A DNA stretch of 64,000 nucleotides from the NCBI GenBank assembly GCA_037379345.1, contig CM074513.1:40234885-40298884 (forward strand), written 5' to 3'. The notes below the pieces were generated by a model. That model saw only the letters and a program-made list of their open reading frames with translations. It was not told the origin of the DNA and did not search any database. Both the position numbers and the translations under genes were made by a program. This DNA comes from Perna viridis. Taxonomy: Eukaryota. Each line of letters opens with the position of its first letter. Positions within the stretch are counted from its first letter, which is position 1. This document shows, in pieces, positions 26,046-39,441 of the stretch.

Positions 26046-28580
26046 GTAATTCTTGAAATATTTTGTTATTCCTGATAATGTCATGTCAAAAATGTCCTTG
26101 GGTTTGCACCATTGATATTACTACGCATCTTATTTACTTACATCTCAAACTGCATGCTTTTAGAAAGTTGAACGTTTCTCTGTTCTGTAATTTGGTATTC
26201 CATAAATGCTGACCAATAATAAAGGCAGGCTGTATGCTTTTGTTTATGTTTGATGGAGATAACTTTTCGCAAGGGGTATTACATGGCTTTTCATATAATT
26301 AGGATTTATATAAATAATATGGTACCAAAGTTATATCTGCACAGAGATGTATCCGGATCGAAAATTTGGATTAGCACACTTGAAGCAGAACTTTTCCCAG
26401 CTTCTATTGAAATTAAAATTTTATGTTATATTGTGAAAAAACTTGTTCTTGTGATCATGATTAACTGTAAATCCATATGCGTTAGTGTGTCAGATACTAA
26501 TATTGTGTAAACACTTGCCACCAAAGTTCGATGTGCTGCGCCCCACGAAGCTCTGTATTGATAATATTCAAACTATTCTCTATTTAAATTATTATTTTTA
26601 ACTGATCAAGAACCAGTTTTGCAATTTTGGAGTATTCAGGACTATAGAGTCTGACTTGAGCCTGTACGACCGTTTACCTTTCACCAATATCAAATAAACC
26701 GATCTCGAAATTGATCCAGTTTATAACGACGGCATGTTCTCCATCAGGACGCGATTCATCATTTCACAAGAGCCGGTTATGATTTTCTTTAGTTATCACT
26801 GCATTGTAGTGCAGCAGACTGTTAAGGATTTTAAAATTTCAATGGGCTTAGATGATATACAGTAATACCAATTGTAAGATTAATTACTTAGTCTTTGAAT
26901 TTTCAGCTTATTTGTATAAATTAGAAGAGAGCTGAAAAGTCAGTCGAACCCAATACACTTTCACTGGAAATTTAATTGAATTCAAGTATTGTAGGCATCG
27001 GGAAAAATATAAAGATTTAGTGTAGAATTTTAAAAATGCACAAAAGAATCAACAGATTGTACAACAAGATTAAAGTCATCAATACGGAAGATAAATGGGG
27101 AATTAATTAAACATGAACCTGACTGAATGAGCATACATATATTCATTTTATAATTTATTTCAACCTCTATAGTGCATTTTTAATACCTGTGAAATAATGA
27201 CACAACCCAAAATACTACAATGCATATCTTCATATTCTATACTGAATAAAAAAAAATTATACAACGTTTTCGAATCTATCTGCAACGGAAGCTTTGGAAA
27301 ATGATCTTGAAGTTTCAGTATACTAAAATTGTACTAATATATAAAACAGAATTGGGTAACATGTCTAGTTTATGTACTGTCGTTAGTACACAGATACATA
27401 TATAGTATCGAAAGTACTTTTGGGGAAAAAAAATTCTGAAATAAGAAATAAGGATATAGTGACTTAGACGTTTTTCACACGGCTGGATTAAAAAAAATAT
27501 ATTTTGTGATAAATTGATAATACAAATACTATGAATTTTGAAGCATATGCATACATATTTATGTTTCACTAAAATCGGAAGCACGAGTACAAAACCCATG
27601 TGTAAAACCCAGACACTTCTGGACAAAGAAATGTATGTCAGGAATGGCTTTTGCAAAAGTGTTTTGAATGTATGATTTTAGTTGTTTTATGTTCTTTGTT
27701 GTGTATGTCTTTTGATTTGCGCTATAACTTTGGTTCCCTTGATTACTTTTTAATTCTTATTATTTTTTTTAAATTTATGGTGCTTTGTTGATCTAGAATT
27801 TACCGTGGATTATGGATATTACCTTATTCCATTCATTACCTCTTTGCTTTTATTTTACAACGATCTTTATTAAAAATTCATTATTGTACAGCAGAAAAAT
27901 GTGTACAATTATCATTAAATGTATATGCATGAATAATTTTAACATATCGATCACGTCATAAAATAAGCTATTTTCGATTATATGCATGCTTTTCTGTTAT
28001 AACAGCTGTCCGGAACCTGGAAAGGTTGTCCTAAAAAACGATTCCGGTAATACAATTTTTGGAAAAAAAGTGGTTAATATACGTCAAAATTTGCAACTTT
28101 AAGCTAATCTTTTAAAGCTATCCTTGTAGATCGATTGATAACGATGTGTTTTTTTATTTCTCATTCAGTACAGAATATTAAGATATTCATTCTTACATAT
28201 TTTGGTGTGTCATTATTTTTCATTTATTGAAAATGCACGGAAATGCAACCATATTCAGAAGCAGGACATTTTTGGTGAGTGATAAAATACTCGAAACTTT
28301 TGTCGGAAATAAGTTCTTTAGTGCATTTTTCTCATCGATGCGCGATATCAGTTAAACCACCCGTTAAAGTATATCGTTGGCCTTCAAAGAATGCATTATA
28401 GCAGAAAACTATACCGTGTTTCACTTAGATAAGTATGCTTTTGAAAGAAAAATGTGGCAATTTTTTTCATTCCAGTAACAAATGATATAACTGTATACTC
28501 TCTAGGCCAATTAAAGTCGAAAACTAAAGCATTTATTGATACCTGTCCGCGGCACTATTGAATTGAATATTTTGTAGTCT

Positions 28581-31301
28581 ATGGTTGAAAGTGCAAAGTG
28601 CAAACTGAAGGATTCGACCATTATGATTGAGAACATAGAAAAAGAAGTACATACAATAAAGAAGGAAAAAGAACATTTTCGAGAGATGATACTTAGTAGG
28701 GAAGGCAATATCCAAAACCCTAATTTGAATTCTAAAGGATTTCATCTTCAAAACAGAAGTTCTTTATCTACTGCTTTAATAACAGATACTGTAGAAAGCG
28801 ACGGAACAATAAGGAGTGCCATACTTACCAGTTATGAAATATCAAAAGAAATACAAGTAAAAGAAACACAACATAAGGATTTAGAAATGAACATAGATCA
28901 ATTAAAAGACAAAAGTAAATTAAGTCTTGGGATGATTGAAGAACAATCGGCAGAAACAGACCGACTTCGTCTAGATTTGTCCAATTTACGGTGTGAAAAC
29001 AAAAAATTGCAAGAAAAATTGCAAGAAAAATTGCAAGAAAAACAGTTAGAATTGGAAACGATTGTCCAAAATGAAAAGACCCGCTATCAGGAACTCCTTT
29101 CAAAATATAAAAACGCTGAGGCCAAAACCGAAGATATGAAAATCAGATTGAATAAGTATGAAACTGACTTAGCGTTGAAGGAAACCCAGTATGAGTACTT
29201 GGAAAGTACGATTCCTATTACATAAATTTGTATCTGTCTGTCCAACCATTACAAGATATTTTTTCTTTATTCTCGGTTACACTCTTGTAAGGTTTTAATG
29301 CTACTAACCAGAGTGCTCCGAATGAGTTAAGTCTACATTGTTAAAAGTATGATTAATTATGAGATGAAACACAATAAAAAACGTGTAAAAAGCATCCATA
29401 TCGTAATGCAATCAAAAGAAAACAAAAAATCTAAAATACACAAATGAAAAAAGGACGTTATTTAAACATTATTCAGAATGGATACATACTTGTGTAACAT
29501 TTAATCACTCACTTCTGAGGTGACTGATGACAGACTATGGAAAACATAATTTTCTAAGTGGATATCATATTGATCAAAAAACGTTTATGCTTTAGCAGGC
29601 TTAATATTGTTAAAAAGACCAAAGCCTACATAAAATACATGATACTTATATACCATTCATTTTATAACTGATATCGATTTTCTTATACAGACTCTGTAAA
29701 TGCAGAATTAAATGCACTGAGAACCGAAAAGGAAAAGTCAAAACAAAAAGTTCAAAGAAGTAAGTAACACCATTATTAAGTATGGTAAATTTGTTTGGAA
29801 AACTGAAATAGTTGAAAATCTCATCCATTAGCAATAATAGTTCGACTATGAAGACTTAAAAAAGGCAAGAATGATATGCGTTAATGGACAAAACAATAAT
29901 AAAACAACAATTTTGTTTTATTTATTTTGTGCAAGATAATTTTTGCCATATTATGAATTATACAGGCGAGAACAACTAAAACAGCCAAAATGCACGTCAA
30001 TTAAAATAGCCAGTTAATAGTCTTTCTGATAGAAACAGTTTTCCAAATGTAACTATTTCAACCGTGTTAAAGATACCAAAAAGCAAAAATCCTTGATTAA
30101 CGAATTTATTGTGGACTTGACTTGATAATGGATTAGTGTTTGATAATTTTGTTGTTACCCATATTTACGCTTTCGGTGTAGGAAGTCTTGGGTAACAGTA
30201 AATCAAATTATATTTTTTAAATAAAGTTATTAGTTTAAAGACAAGCTTTACGTTCATTACAGAGATTGCCTTTCGTTGTGTCTTAAAAAACCCACAATCC
30301 GACCAGGCCATTTCCGGCATAGTATCTTTACTGCAAGAGAAGTTATCAAACATTGATTTAGTAATCATACCAGAGTCGTCTCGAAGCAAAGATATTCCCT
30401 TAATTGTTATCTTCTATCACCTGTCAAGAGTCACAGACGATGCTAAAGGTGCTCTAAGTGGACTAGATGGTATAGATTTTATATTTAGTTTTCTAGACAA
30501 AAGTCGTCAACGTTACAACGTTTGAACATAGAGGACTTTTATTTGTTCTCGAACTAGTATTTATTTATGTACTAGTGAAAGAGTAATCAAGGGAACCAAG
30601 GTTATAGCAGTAATCAAAAGAATATAATACAGGGACAAAGACCAGACATGGAAAACAGATATACACAACAAAGAATATAAAGAAAGTAAAAAAAAATACA
30701 TACAAAATAACAAATGCCAATGGGCAACTCGGACTCCACTAAAAACTGGGATCATGGACCAGGTGCACCGGTAGGGTAAGCGTCCTCTGCTTTTCTAGAA
30801 ACACCCGCCGAGTTGCTCATAAAAACTCAAGAAAAGAATGTTAGCAGCTAATTGTTGATATAAATCAATATAGTAATGTCCTCGCTATGTGGATAGAAAA
30901 TAACTGCGCGTTTTGATAACCAAATCTAAATATAAATAATATTTGTGAGCCCTTTTTCTTTCTACAAGAACAAAGTTAGGCTTATGTGTGTCTTTTTGTA
31001 AACCAATACATGTGAGCGATATATATATGATGCATCAACTCTCACAATTAACTAATATAGTAAGTAAAATGTAGTCGAAATTATTTTTTCAGCTTCTCCG
31101 GACATAGCTCTTGTAGCTTTACACCCAAAGAGGGAATTACAATCCAGCCATGAAGCGAAAAAAATGCTTGCTGCCCCGGAATTTAAAAGACTTGGAGTTA
31201 TAGTAGACATCAGTTTTCTTTCTGCGAATGGAATAATACAAAATGAATTAACTTCAACGGCTGTGGATCAATTAATTCAATTTATAAACAATTTCGAATA
31301 G
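28581..31301 (+). CDS. Spliced uncharacterised gene: long coiled coil plus C-terminal alpha/beta domain; exons ~28578-29205, 29691-29759, 30263-30469, 31093-31301; 5' end uncertain
   Basis: Three phase-1 GT-AG introns join in frame: ...YEYLE-NSVNAELNALRTEKEKSKQKVQR-KIAFRCVL...PLIVIFYHLSRVTDDAKGALSGLD-ASPDIALVALHPK...IVDISF...QFINNFE*. Confidence 0.75.
30577..30830 (-). mobile_element. Penelope-like 3'-end fragment (intronic)
   Basis: Family tail and stem-loop present. Confidence 0.75.
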
Positions 31302-32297
31302 TTTACCCTAAATCCGTTACAAATTCGATATTTTACTTAGTTCAATGTGCTTTTTTTTCAAAGGCTCTACAATTTGAATGTATTATAACGACTTGGGTAG
31401 AAGCGTAGTTAAGAAAGTGCTGGGAAGATTTATAGGTCAAAATGTCACATGTTTTAATTTTAACATGATGGTTCGAATGCTTTGAAAATAAAATTTAACA
31501 GAATAAACAAAATGAAATAAAAGAAAAGTATGGATTTGCTTTTAAGGGGTAAGCCTTAACGTTTCACGATCTGTTAACATATCTAGGATGAGGGCTATTT
31601 ACTGCAGATTTAAGAGAAGAAATGGCCCTCATGTAGTTTTGAAGTGTCCCCAAATCAAGGTACCCATTGTTATGTTTGATGGTTGACACATACATTAATT
31701 TGCTTCCTTCACAAATATAGGGAAAACTCAAAATATTATATACATTTCAAAATATTCTTTCTGTAATAATATTTATTATTTTATTTATTATTATATGTAC
31801 ATTATGATATGTTTTTCTAAAGATATAAAACTTTAACTAAAATATGATTTTTAGGGGAAAAAATGAATTAGGTAGGTGATTCAGGTTCATGGGAGTCTCT
31901 TTTATTCTAAGTTTTTTTTTATGCCAGTGTGGGTTGAACAAGCAACTGGCTTTGTATCACAGCTAGTTGCAGTAATTAACAGATATGTTTAAATTTATTT
32001 CCACCCCTAAATACTTCATAGAAAATACACGTTTTAAAAACATTATAAAATATTATGAAAAAAAAAACAACATAAATGATAACTGTTTATATATGCCCTG
32101 TAATCATTTCAATAGAAAGTATTAAGTATTTTCATCCGTAGAATTGAAATAGATTTCAATAAATTAATACGTTACTTGTTCCGTTTATAATAATCTTTTC
32201 ATTAACAATAATAAAGCTGGCTATAAATTTCATGGTCAGTGATTCCATTGTCTACTTTGTTTTTATGAAACTTAAATAACTTGTCCAATTAAATCTG

Positions 32298-32805
32298 GCC
32301 CCGTGCAGGCCCGGGTGTTAAAAGAATAGGCCTGCAGCAGCGCTAAGCTTGTCGTATAAGGTGACTAAATAGTGCTCAGAAACCTAGCCGGGGGCTAGGC
32401 GCTCTGCCTACAGAGCAACTGGGATGGGTGCCCCAGGTGGTGGAAAGGGGTATCCCTGGCGTGTTGCATGCTGGGGTTGTCAGGCTATAATACGGAAAAC
32501 CTGACCGCAAACCATAGTGGTGCACCGTGTTGGGAAAGATGCCACATTCTTCGCACGTGAAAGAACCCTGCTGTGGTATTCGATAGGAGTAGGAACCTTT
32601 GCGCTCCGCCACAGGAGGCTTAATCGCCCGACCTTACCCATCCCCCCTTTTTCCAGTGGCAATCAAAATTTGTCGACCCTATTATCCTTGTGATCCATCC
32701 CTTTTTTTCATTTCATGTTCATTTTATCATCCATTTCATGTTCATTGTCTGAATATAGCTGAAATATTGCTGCTCGGACGTTAAACCCCAACAAACAAAC
32801 AAACA
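32298..32805 (+). mobile_element. SINE-like retroelement copy 2, full length, 14-bp TSD
   Basis: Starts GCCCCGTGCAGG and ends GGACGTTAAACCCCAA(CAAA)n; TSD TCCAATTAAAT(C/A)TG at 32284-32297 and 32806-32819. Confidence 0.92.
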
Positions 32806-33169
32806 TCCAATTAAATATGGGAAAATACTAATGAGATCTACATCGTTTAGGAGGAGTGAGAGAAAGAAAGAAGGTAGATTTTTACCATACCTGACCCCCA
32901 TTCCACATTGAAAATAATTACGTGCATTATGATCTGGTACAAGTTTATATGATTCATGAATATTGGATTTGATAATCACTATAAATAATTTCTATACATT
33001 ATTCGATTTTGACTAATACTATATCCAATATAATTTCGCCATGAACCATATCTTTCTAAAGATTTATTGGGCACCTTTTCGAAATCAAAGAATGCATAGT
33101 ACAATTTTCTTATTCCATGGTTGAAGAATTACAAAAAATATAATAAATCAGTAGTGGAATATACCAATA

Positions 33170-33326
33170 NNNNNNNNNNNNNNNNNNNNNNNNNNNNNNN
33201 NNNNNNNNNNNNNNNNNNNNNNNNNNNNNNNNNNNNNNNNNNNNNNNNNNNNNNNNNNNNNNNNNNNNNNNNNNNNNNNNNNNNNNNNNNNNNNNNNNNN
33301 NNNNNNNNNNNNNNNNNNNNNNNNNN
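33170..33326. other. Assembly gap (157 N)
   Basis: Run of n. Confidence 0.99.
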
Positions 33327-33992
33327 TTCTTTGATAATCAATGAACTCCCTGACAATTTAATAGGTCTATCAAAATGGGTGTAAAAAGTTTGCATAAAAC
33401 AATATGCTAGAACAATATAATTAGAAAAAAAATGAAGGGCCAGTATTTTTATTTTTGAGATAGAAGCATTTGAAATTTTGTCGGGAAAAGGATTTTTTTT
33501 AGTTTCCATACGTTTTGTTTTAGTAGGTTTTATGTATCAAAAGCACCGAAAAAATAACGATGATATCATAAAAACTAATCCAATAACATTTAAAGGTGTG
33601 TTAAATGACATTTCTGAAAGAAAAGTGAGGGTCACTGGGCAAAACCTATTAATACTATGAAATGAATAAAATAAGAAGAGTAAGAAAAACTGACAAAAAT
33701 GACTGAACATGAGCAGAGAAAATCCTTTGAAAGTATCTTGTGTAGAAGGTGTTCTTGATAATGACATGAAAATACATTTTAGAACCAAAAAAAAAAAAAA
33801 TACCAAAAACAAAAACGAACAAACAAAAAAAAAAACAAACAAAAACAAAACAACGCTGGCAACAAAATTTCAGGAAGATTTTGCCTACGATAAGTATCAT
33901 TAGTCACACAGAAGTTGTCTAATGGCTTTAAGATATTTGCAAAAAAATAACTCGCTTGACCCATATCGGTGAAAAAACCGGACGTGACATTT

Positions 33993-34238
33993 TATGAGCA
34001 ACTCGGAGGGTGATTCTAGAAAATCGGATGACGCTTACCCTACCAGTTTACCTGGTCCATTCTCCCAGTTTTTAGTAGAGCCAGAGTCGCTCGTTTACTT
34101 TTGTTTCTTTTTTACATGTTATTTTGGTTATTTCATGTTCTTTGTTGTGTGTGTCTATTTTTCATGTCTAGGCTCTATTCTGGAATATGTTTTTTTTTCT
34201 GATTTCCGCTCGAACCTTGGTTCCATTGAATACTCTTT
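33993..34238 (+). mobile_element. Penelope-like 3'-end fragment, opposite orientation
   Basis: ATGAGCAACTCGG...GACGCTTACCCTACC...CCTTGGTTCCATTGAATACTCTTT. Confidence 0.7.
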
Positions 34239-34506
34239 CAGCAAGTACATTCTAAATATAACCACCCATTCTATGTGCATTCAAAAAAGTAAATAAAAAT
34301 AATAGCAACGCAATAAGTGCATTTATATCTTATGATTGACAGAAATTGGGCTGCTTAAATTTCGGTAATTACAAAATCGTCTGAACGTTATGCGATTAGC
34401 GGATACACTCTGATTGACATTTTCATAAAAGAAAATGAATTACCACGCTTAAAACGTCCTTCCAAAAATTAAAATTGCATTTTTCTTTGGGAATGTTCAT
34501 CAAGTT

Positions 34507-34681
34507 CAGGGGTTGGGAGGGGAATTTTGAGAAAGGGCCACTTTCAGGTATTTTTTTTCAAAGATATTCAAAATTTGAAGGGCCATTTGTCAACAAACCA
34601 TATAGATTTCTTTTATTTGAAGTGGCCATTTTCTGAAAGAAGGGGCAAATGGCTCATGCCCCCTTGCCTTCCCAACCCCTG
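34507..34681. mobile_element. 175-bp MITE with CAGGGG termini
   Basis: TIR CAGGGGTTGGGAGGG / CCTTCCCAACCCCTG (14/15 match); CAAGTT directly repeated on both sides. Confidence 0.75.
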
Positions 34682-37600
34682 CAAGTTAATTCACACATAC
34701 ACTTTTAGGCAGTAAGATTATTAAAACGGTACAAATTTATTTTGATATACAGATGGATAACTTTTTCGTTTCATATAACTTGACGTTTTTCCAAGTAAAA
34801 ATCTAGGACGCACATATTCACACATTATTTAAGATGTCAGTATATCAAATATTTCAATACATTATCTGAAACGTTTTGTAAAGTCTTATACTTCGAATAC
34901 TTCATATCTTAATTATCTCAAATAAATGTGAAATTGTGTTTTTTATGCACATACATTTTTTTTTGAAATTTAGATTAAAACAAATGTACAGGCATGGGAA
35001 ATAGAAGTTTCATTCCCTATATTTGTTAAGTGTCCCTTTAGCAGATGTCTTCTCAATCTTGGTTTAATTCAGTGCAATATGTTTTTCTTTTCAAGATTAC
35101 ATCAATTTTGCCATGAAATATGTATTTTCCTTGACTGTGAGGTTTTTTAAATAGATTATTTAAAAGAATGTACCATCTCCAAATACCGTAATTTCATACA
35201 CTTCGGATCAAGAATAAATATAGAAGTATTTTATAGAAGGCTTTGGTCTATGATTCATTAAAATAATGAAAATATTGACAATTTTATATGTATATGTGTA
35301 TGTCCTAATTTAGGTTTTGGGCAGAACCATAATCAAAGTATTGTGTAAAGACGTTATCTAAATTTAGACCAAATAGAACCGGCAATTGTCCATTTAATGT
35401 TTTGAAAAGACAATTTATAAGAACGACTTATTTTGCGAAAACTGATCTGTCATAGAATACATAAAGACTTCTTGGTATACACCTTCAGACTTAAAAACTA
35501 TTCAAAATAAGGGTTAAGTCATGACGAAGCTAAAATCTATGCTATCTTCTTTAAGTGGCGACCTTATGCAAAAACACTTAAGTTAAAGTATGGTGATATA
35601 TTACAAATTTTAAACGCTTTTTTCTTTTATAGGCAAAAAGTAGCCGAAGGATATCAATTGTGTTTAGACGTTTTATTTTAATATTGATGATATGCAGATT
35701 TAGTAGGAGTTAAGTTCATTCGTAAGGAATACTGATTTCTGTACTTTTTAAGTAACAAATAATTAGAGTTCAGAGCATATTCAAGTCGTGCTGACAGAAA
35801 GATTTATTATTTTATTCGTAAGACATATGTAAAAGACGATTTAAAAAAAAAAAACTGAAAAGATTATTCACAGTTTTAACAGATTGTCGTTTTTTCCCAG
35901 TCGAACAAGTGTGGACACAGACTGGTATTGCCCGAGGGGCAAGTATGGACGTAGACTGGTATTTCCCGAAGAGCATATTTGATTGAAGATACATACGTCT
36001 TGCCTTGAATGTATTTGCATTGTCTAGAAAACTCCTTCATTTATTGATATCAATAATTGAATAGTGCGTATGTTGATAAATATTCATTAACATATGTTAC
36101 TAAACATCTAAATGTCTTGCCATAACCATAAGACGAGTCACATACATATAACAATGCTTATTTCTAGAAGGTGTACTTGTATGGATATGTTGAACTTGAT
36201 ATGTCATGTTAAGGATTGACCATTTCACTTAATGTACATTAGCTTAGTAAAATTCTGGTCTCTCAGTTTTGTTATAGATTAACAGAAACTAACAGTGTGG
36301 TATCTGTCAGTTACATTGGTGGTCATAATTTGAAAACGGTAGGGGTCATTAACTAAAAATAAAATAGGAGCATTCCTTTAGTAGTTAGTAAAATATATGT
36401 CAAAGTTTCATAACATTTGATCAACCATAACTAAAGTCATCGCACGAAAACCAAGTGAATATGGACGACGATGACACGGACGCCGCTGTCAGCACTATAC
36501 CAATATACGACCGAATTTTTTTTTTTTTTTACATATATCAGGTCTTGGTTTTCACATTAGTCCTAGTTAAAGATTTCTCTATCAAAAGAGAATAAAACTG
36601 CAAAACTGTAAAGTTTTCCCACTAACAGTCATGTACTCAACAGAAAACATTAAAAATTCTTATGAATCAAAATTACAATTACGATATACGAAGGACTTTA
36701 AGGCTAAATCCATCGATATTGGCTCACAGTTAACACTTCAAAATCAATATCATAAACTAAATCTTGTATCAAACAATTTTATCAACTTCCAAATAGCCAG
36801 AAAAGAGGTCTTCTATAGTATAGTTCTTGTTTCAGAACCAACATAACGAGTATGTACATTCAGTACATCACAACACTGTCATTAACTTTAGAATCACTAT
36901 TTCATTTAATCCTGCAAATCTTCTTCACAATTTAACAGTGTAGTATTAATGGCGTGATACTTAATAAAATCCCCACCCTTTTAACAAATGTTTACGTCTG
37001 AATATGACTAAAATTATATTTTTATGCACATGTACAAACTTCACTTTATTGGTATGAAGTCATAAACAACAAATGGTTTAATTAAAAATCATATTAAGAG
37101 TTGTCAATACATGCAGTCTGACATATACATATATAGCAAAACTAAAAATCGTTGGAGCTCCTCGGGAATGTACTTACATGTACATTGTACTTTTACGTGT
37201 ATAAAATGTTTATATGTTTAATGTAGAGTCCCCGAAACTTCAGGTTACAGTAATGGGCAGCTAATTGGACCACCCCAACTCAAAAGATTCCTCAATTACA
37301 TGTGTTTTGCTACAAAAATGCTTGCAAGACAACCTCTAGCACTGCTGGAGTGATAAATAGACCATCCTATTAGGCCTAAAATGTGTTATGTTTCCGGTCA
37401 CCCTACCGACCCTCCTTCAGACCCCTATCCAAAAGTTTTTATTAGTTATTTAAAAAAAAATAAGGATAAAGACTGCCGATCGTCTTTCATAAAAAGTAAA
37501 AAAATAAAGCCATAGATTTTTTTTCTATCCCAGATGAAAAACAAAGAGAAATATTGGTTGTTTATATTTAGATTCGATTGTAATCACACATGGCATGAGT

Positions 37601-39269
37601 GTGCACTTTGTCGTGGATAATCTCTTTTGGGATGCTTTACACTGTGTGTTAGAGACCCCAAATGACAGCCAATGGCGTTAAGAAACCCTTCTGCCCGTCA
37701 TGTATTACAAATACCACAAACCTAACAGTATTGAGTATATATGTTAGCACGGAAACGAAAATTAAACCAAGTATAGGAACAGTCAGCTGATGGTCAGCGT
37801 CACCCATATTGTGCAAATGATTGGCTGTAGATTTTTGGGGATTTTAGTGGTTTATTTCCACAAAGATAGTCGAATTATTTGCTCAAAGCAACAATGTCCT
37901 AGCTTTATAATGAAGGGTGTAACGGATATACGGGAAGTGCTATCATTTTCAACTTCATTGTTATAGTGTTATTTAATAAATCATGATCAACTCGATGTAT
38001 ATTTTTCATGATTGGTTTTGCGTGTTAATGTATAGCAATGAGTAGTAAATTAATTTCTTATATATGAACTTTATTTTTAATGTAACTTTGATATGATTAT
38101 CTGATATAGTGACACAACTTGCTTTACTAGATATTCGTCCAATAGTAAATTATCATCCCTTTTGAACTGAACAATATGGTTTACAATTAACTACAAATAG
38201 GGAATGATTCACAGGGGTTAAATTGTTATGTTAATATATTTACAAATGTGGGCGAAAGCGCATTTTGTCTATATAGTTCAATTAGAAACAGCATATTTTA
38301 TGAGATTAAAATGTACACAGATGTTAAAGCTGCTAAACAATGCTAAACAATCCAAACGTCCGTTTTATTCAGACTTCTTTTGAACTTCCTTCATATCAAT
38401 TTATGTGCAATTTGTATTAAACCTTTAAATACACTTGCATAAACATAAAGAATTCGTCAGCTATAAGCGGTGTTGTTTTAAACAGTTATACTTCATCTTG
38501 GACATTTGAAAGCAATGAAGAAGCAACTCAGGTAACTAATCATAAAATCTTGACCGCATTTATCACAGAGAAAGTATAGTTTTGCTTTATTTTTTGATAC
38601 ATCAATGATATGAAAAAATTAGGAGATGTGGTTTGATTGACAATGAGACAGTCATCCACCAAATAGCAAACAACAAACAATAAAATGTCTTCAGGTCACC
38701 CTCCTGTTTTGGATGATGTCCAAAATAGATGTTTAAACAATACATATGATTGAAATTTTCATCATAATGGAAACATTATAACAATTTAACAATAAAGAAC
38801 ATAATCCAAATGAAACAGCAAGATATGAATAATATAATTCTAGCAGATTTTATTTTGACTAATGTAGCATGACTCATCCTAAAACATATAACAACTTTTT
38901 TTTTGTTTTTTGTCTCTGTGTAGTAAAGCAGCTACTGAAAACAAAAATAGAAAATGTTAATGTTTATATTTTGTATTCAGCAGGGAATTTTAAAACAGTA
39001 GAGGTATTCCAAACGAATTGCCAAAAACAGCAATTCCTTAAACAAACATTTTGATGGATTAATGGATAACAACGACTTTGATGTTTACGACAACGCACTA
39101 TTGATTTTTAAAACTGTAGATCACCAAGTGAGGATCATAGCAAGTCATGTGCTAAAGTTTTAAATATGATATAGTATCGTAGATAATCAAAAATTCTCTA
39201 ATATTTGGTTGTTGATTGTAGATGCAGAATGTCAGGAAGCAAAGAAAAAAAATGGAAATCAAAATAATT

Positions 39270-39441
39270 TAATCCAGGGACAAAGACCAGACATGGAAAA
39301 CAAACACGACAAAGAACACGAAGTAACTAAATTTATACATACAAAGTAACTAAAGTAAATAGGAAACTCGGACTCTACTAAAAACTGGAAACATGGACCA
39401 GGTGCATCGGTAGGGTAAGCGTCCTCTTCTTTTTTAGAAAC
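39270..39441 (-). mobile_element. Penelope-like 3'-end fragment
   Basis: AATCCAGGGACAAAGACCAGACATGG...GGACCAGGTGCATCGGTAGGGTAAGCGTCC. Confidence 0.7.

Noticed and set aside
28230-28577. Degenerate death-domain exon upstream of the coiled-coil ORF
   Set aside because: The resemblance is only vague, needs several frameshifts, and gives no consistent splice path.
32298-32380. HDV-like ribozyme in the SINE-like head
   Set aside because: GCGACTAA resembles a P4-J4/2 segment, but there is no room for P3/L3 and the P1 3' strand, so the nested double pseudoknot cannot be built.
33121-33964. ORFs across the gap and the A-rich tract
   Set aside because: Artefacts of the N run and low complexity.
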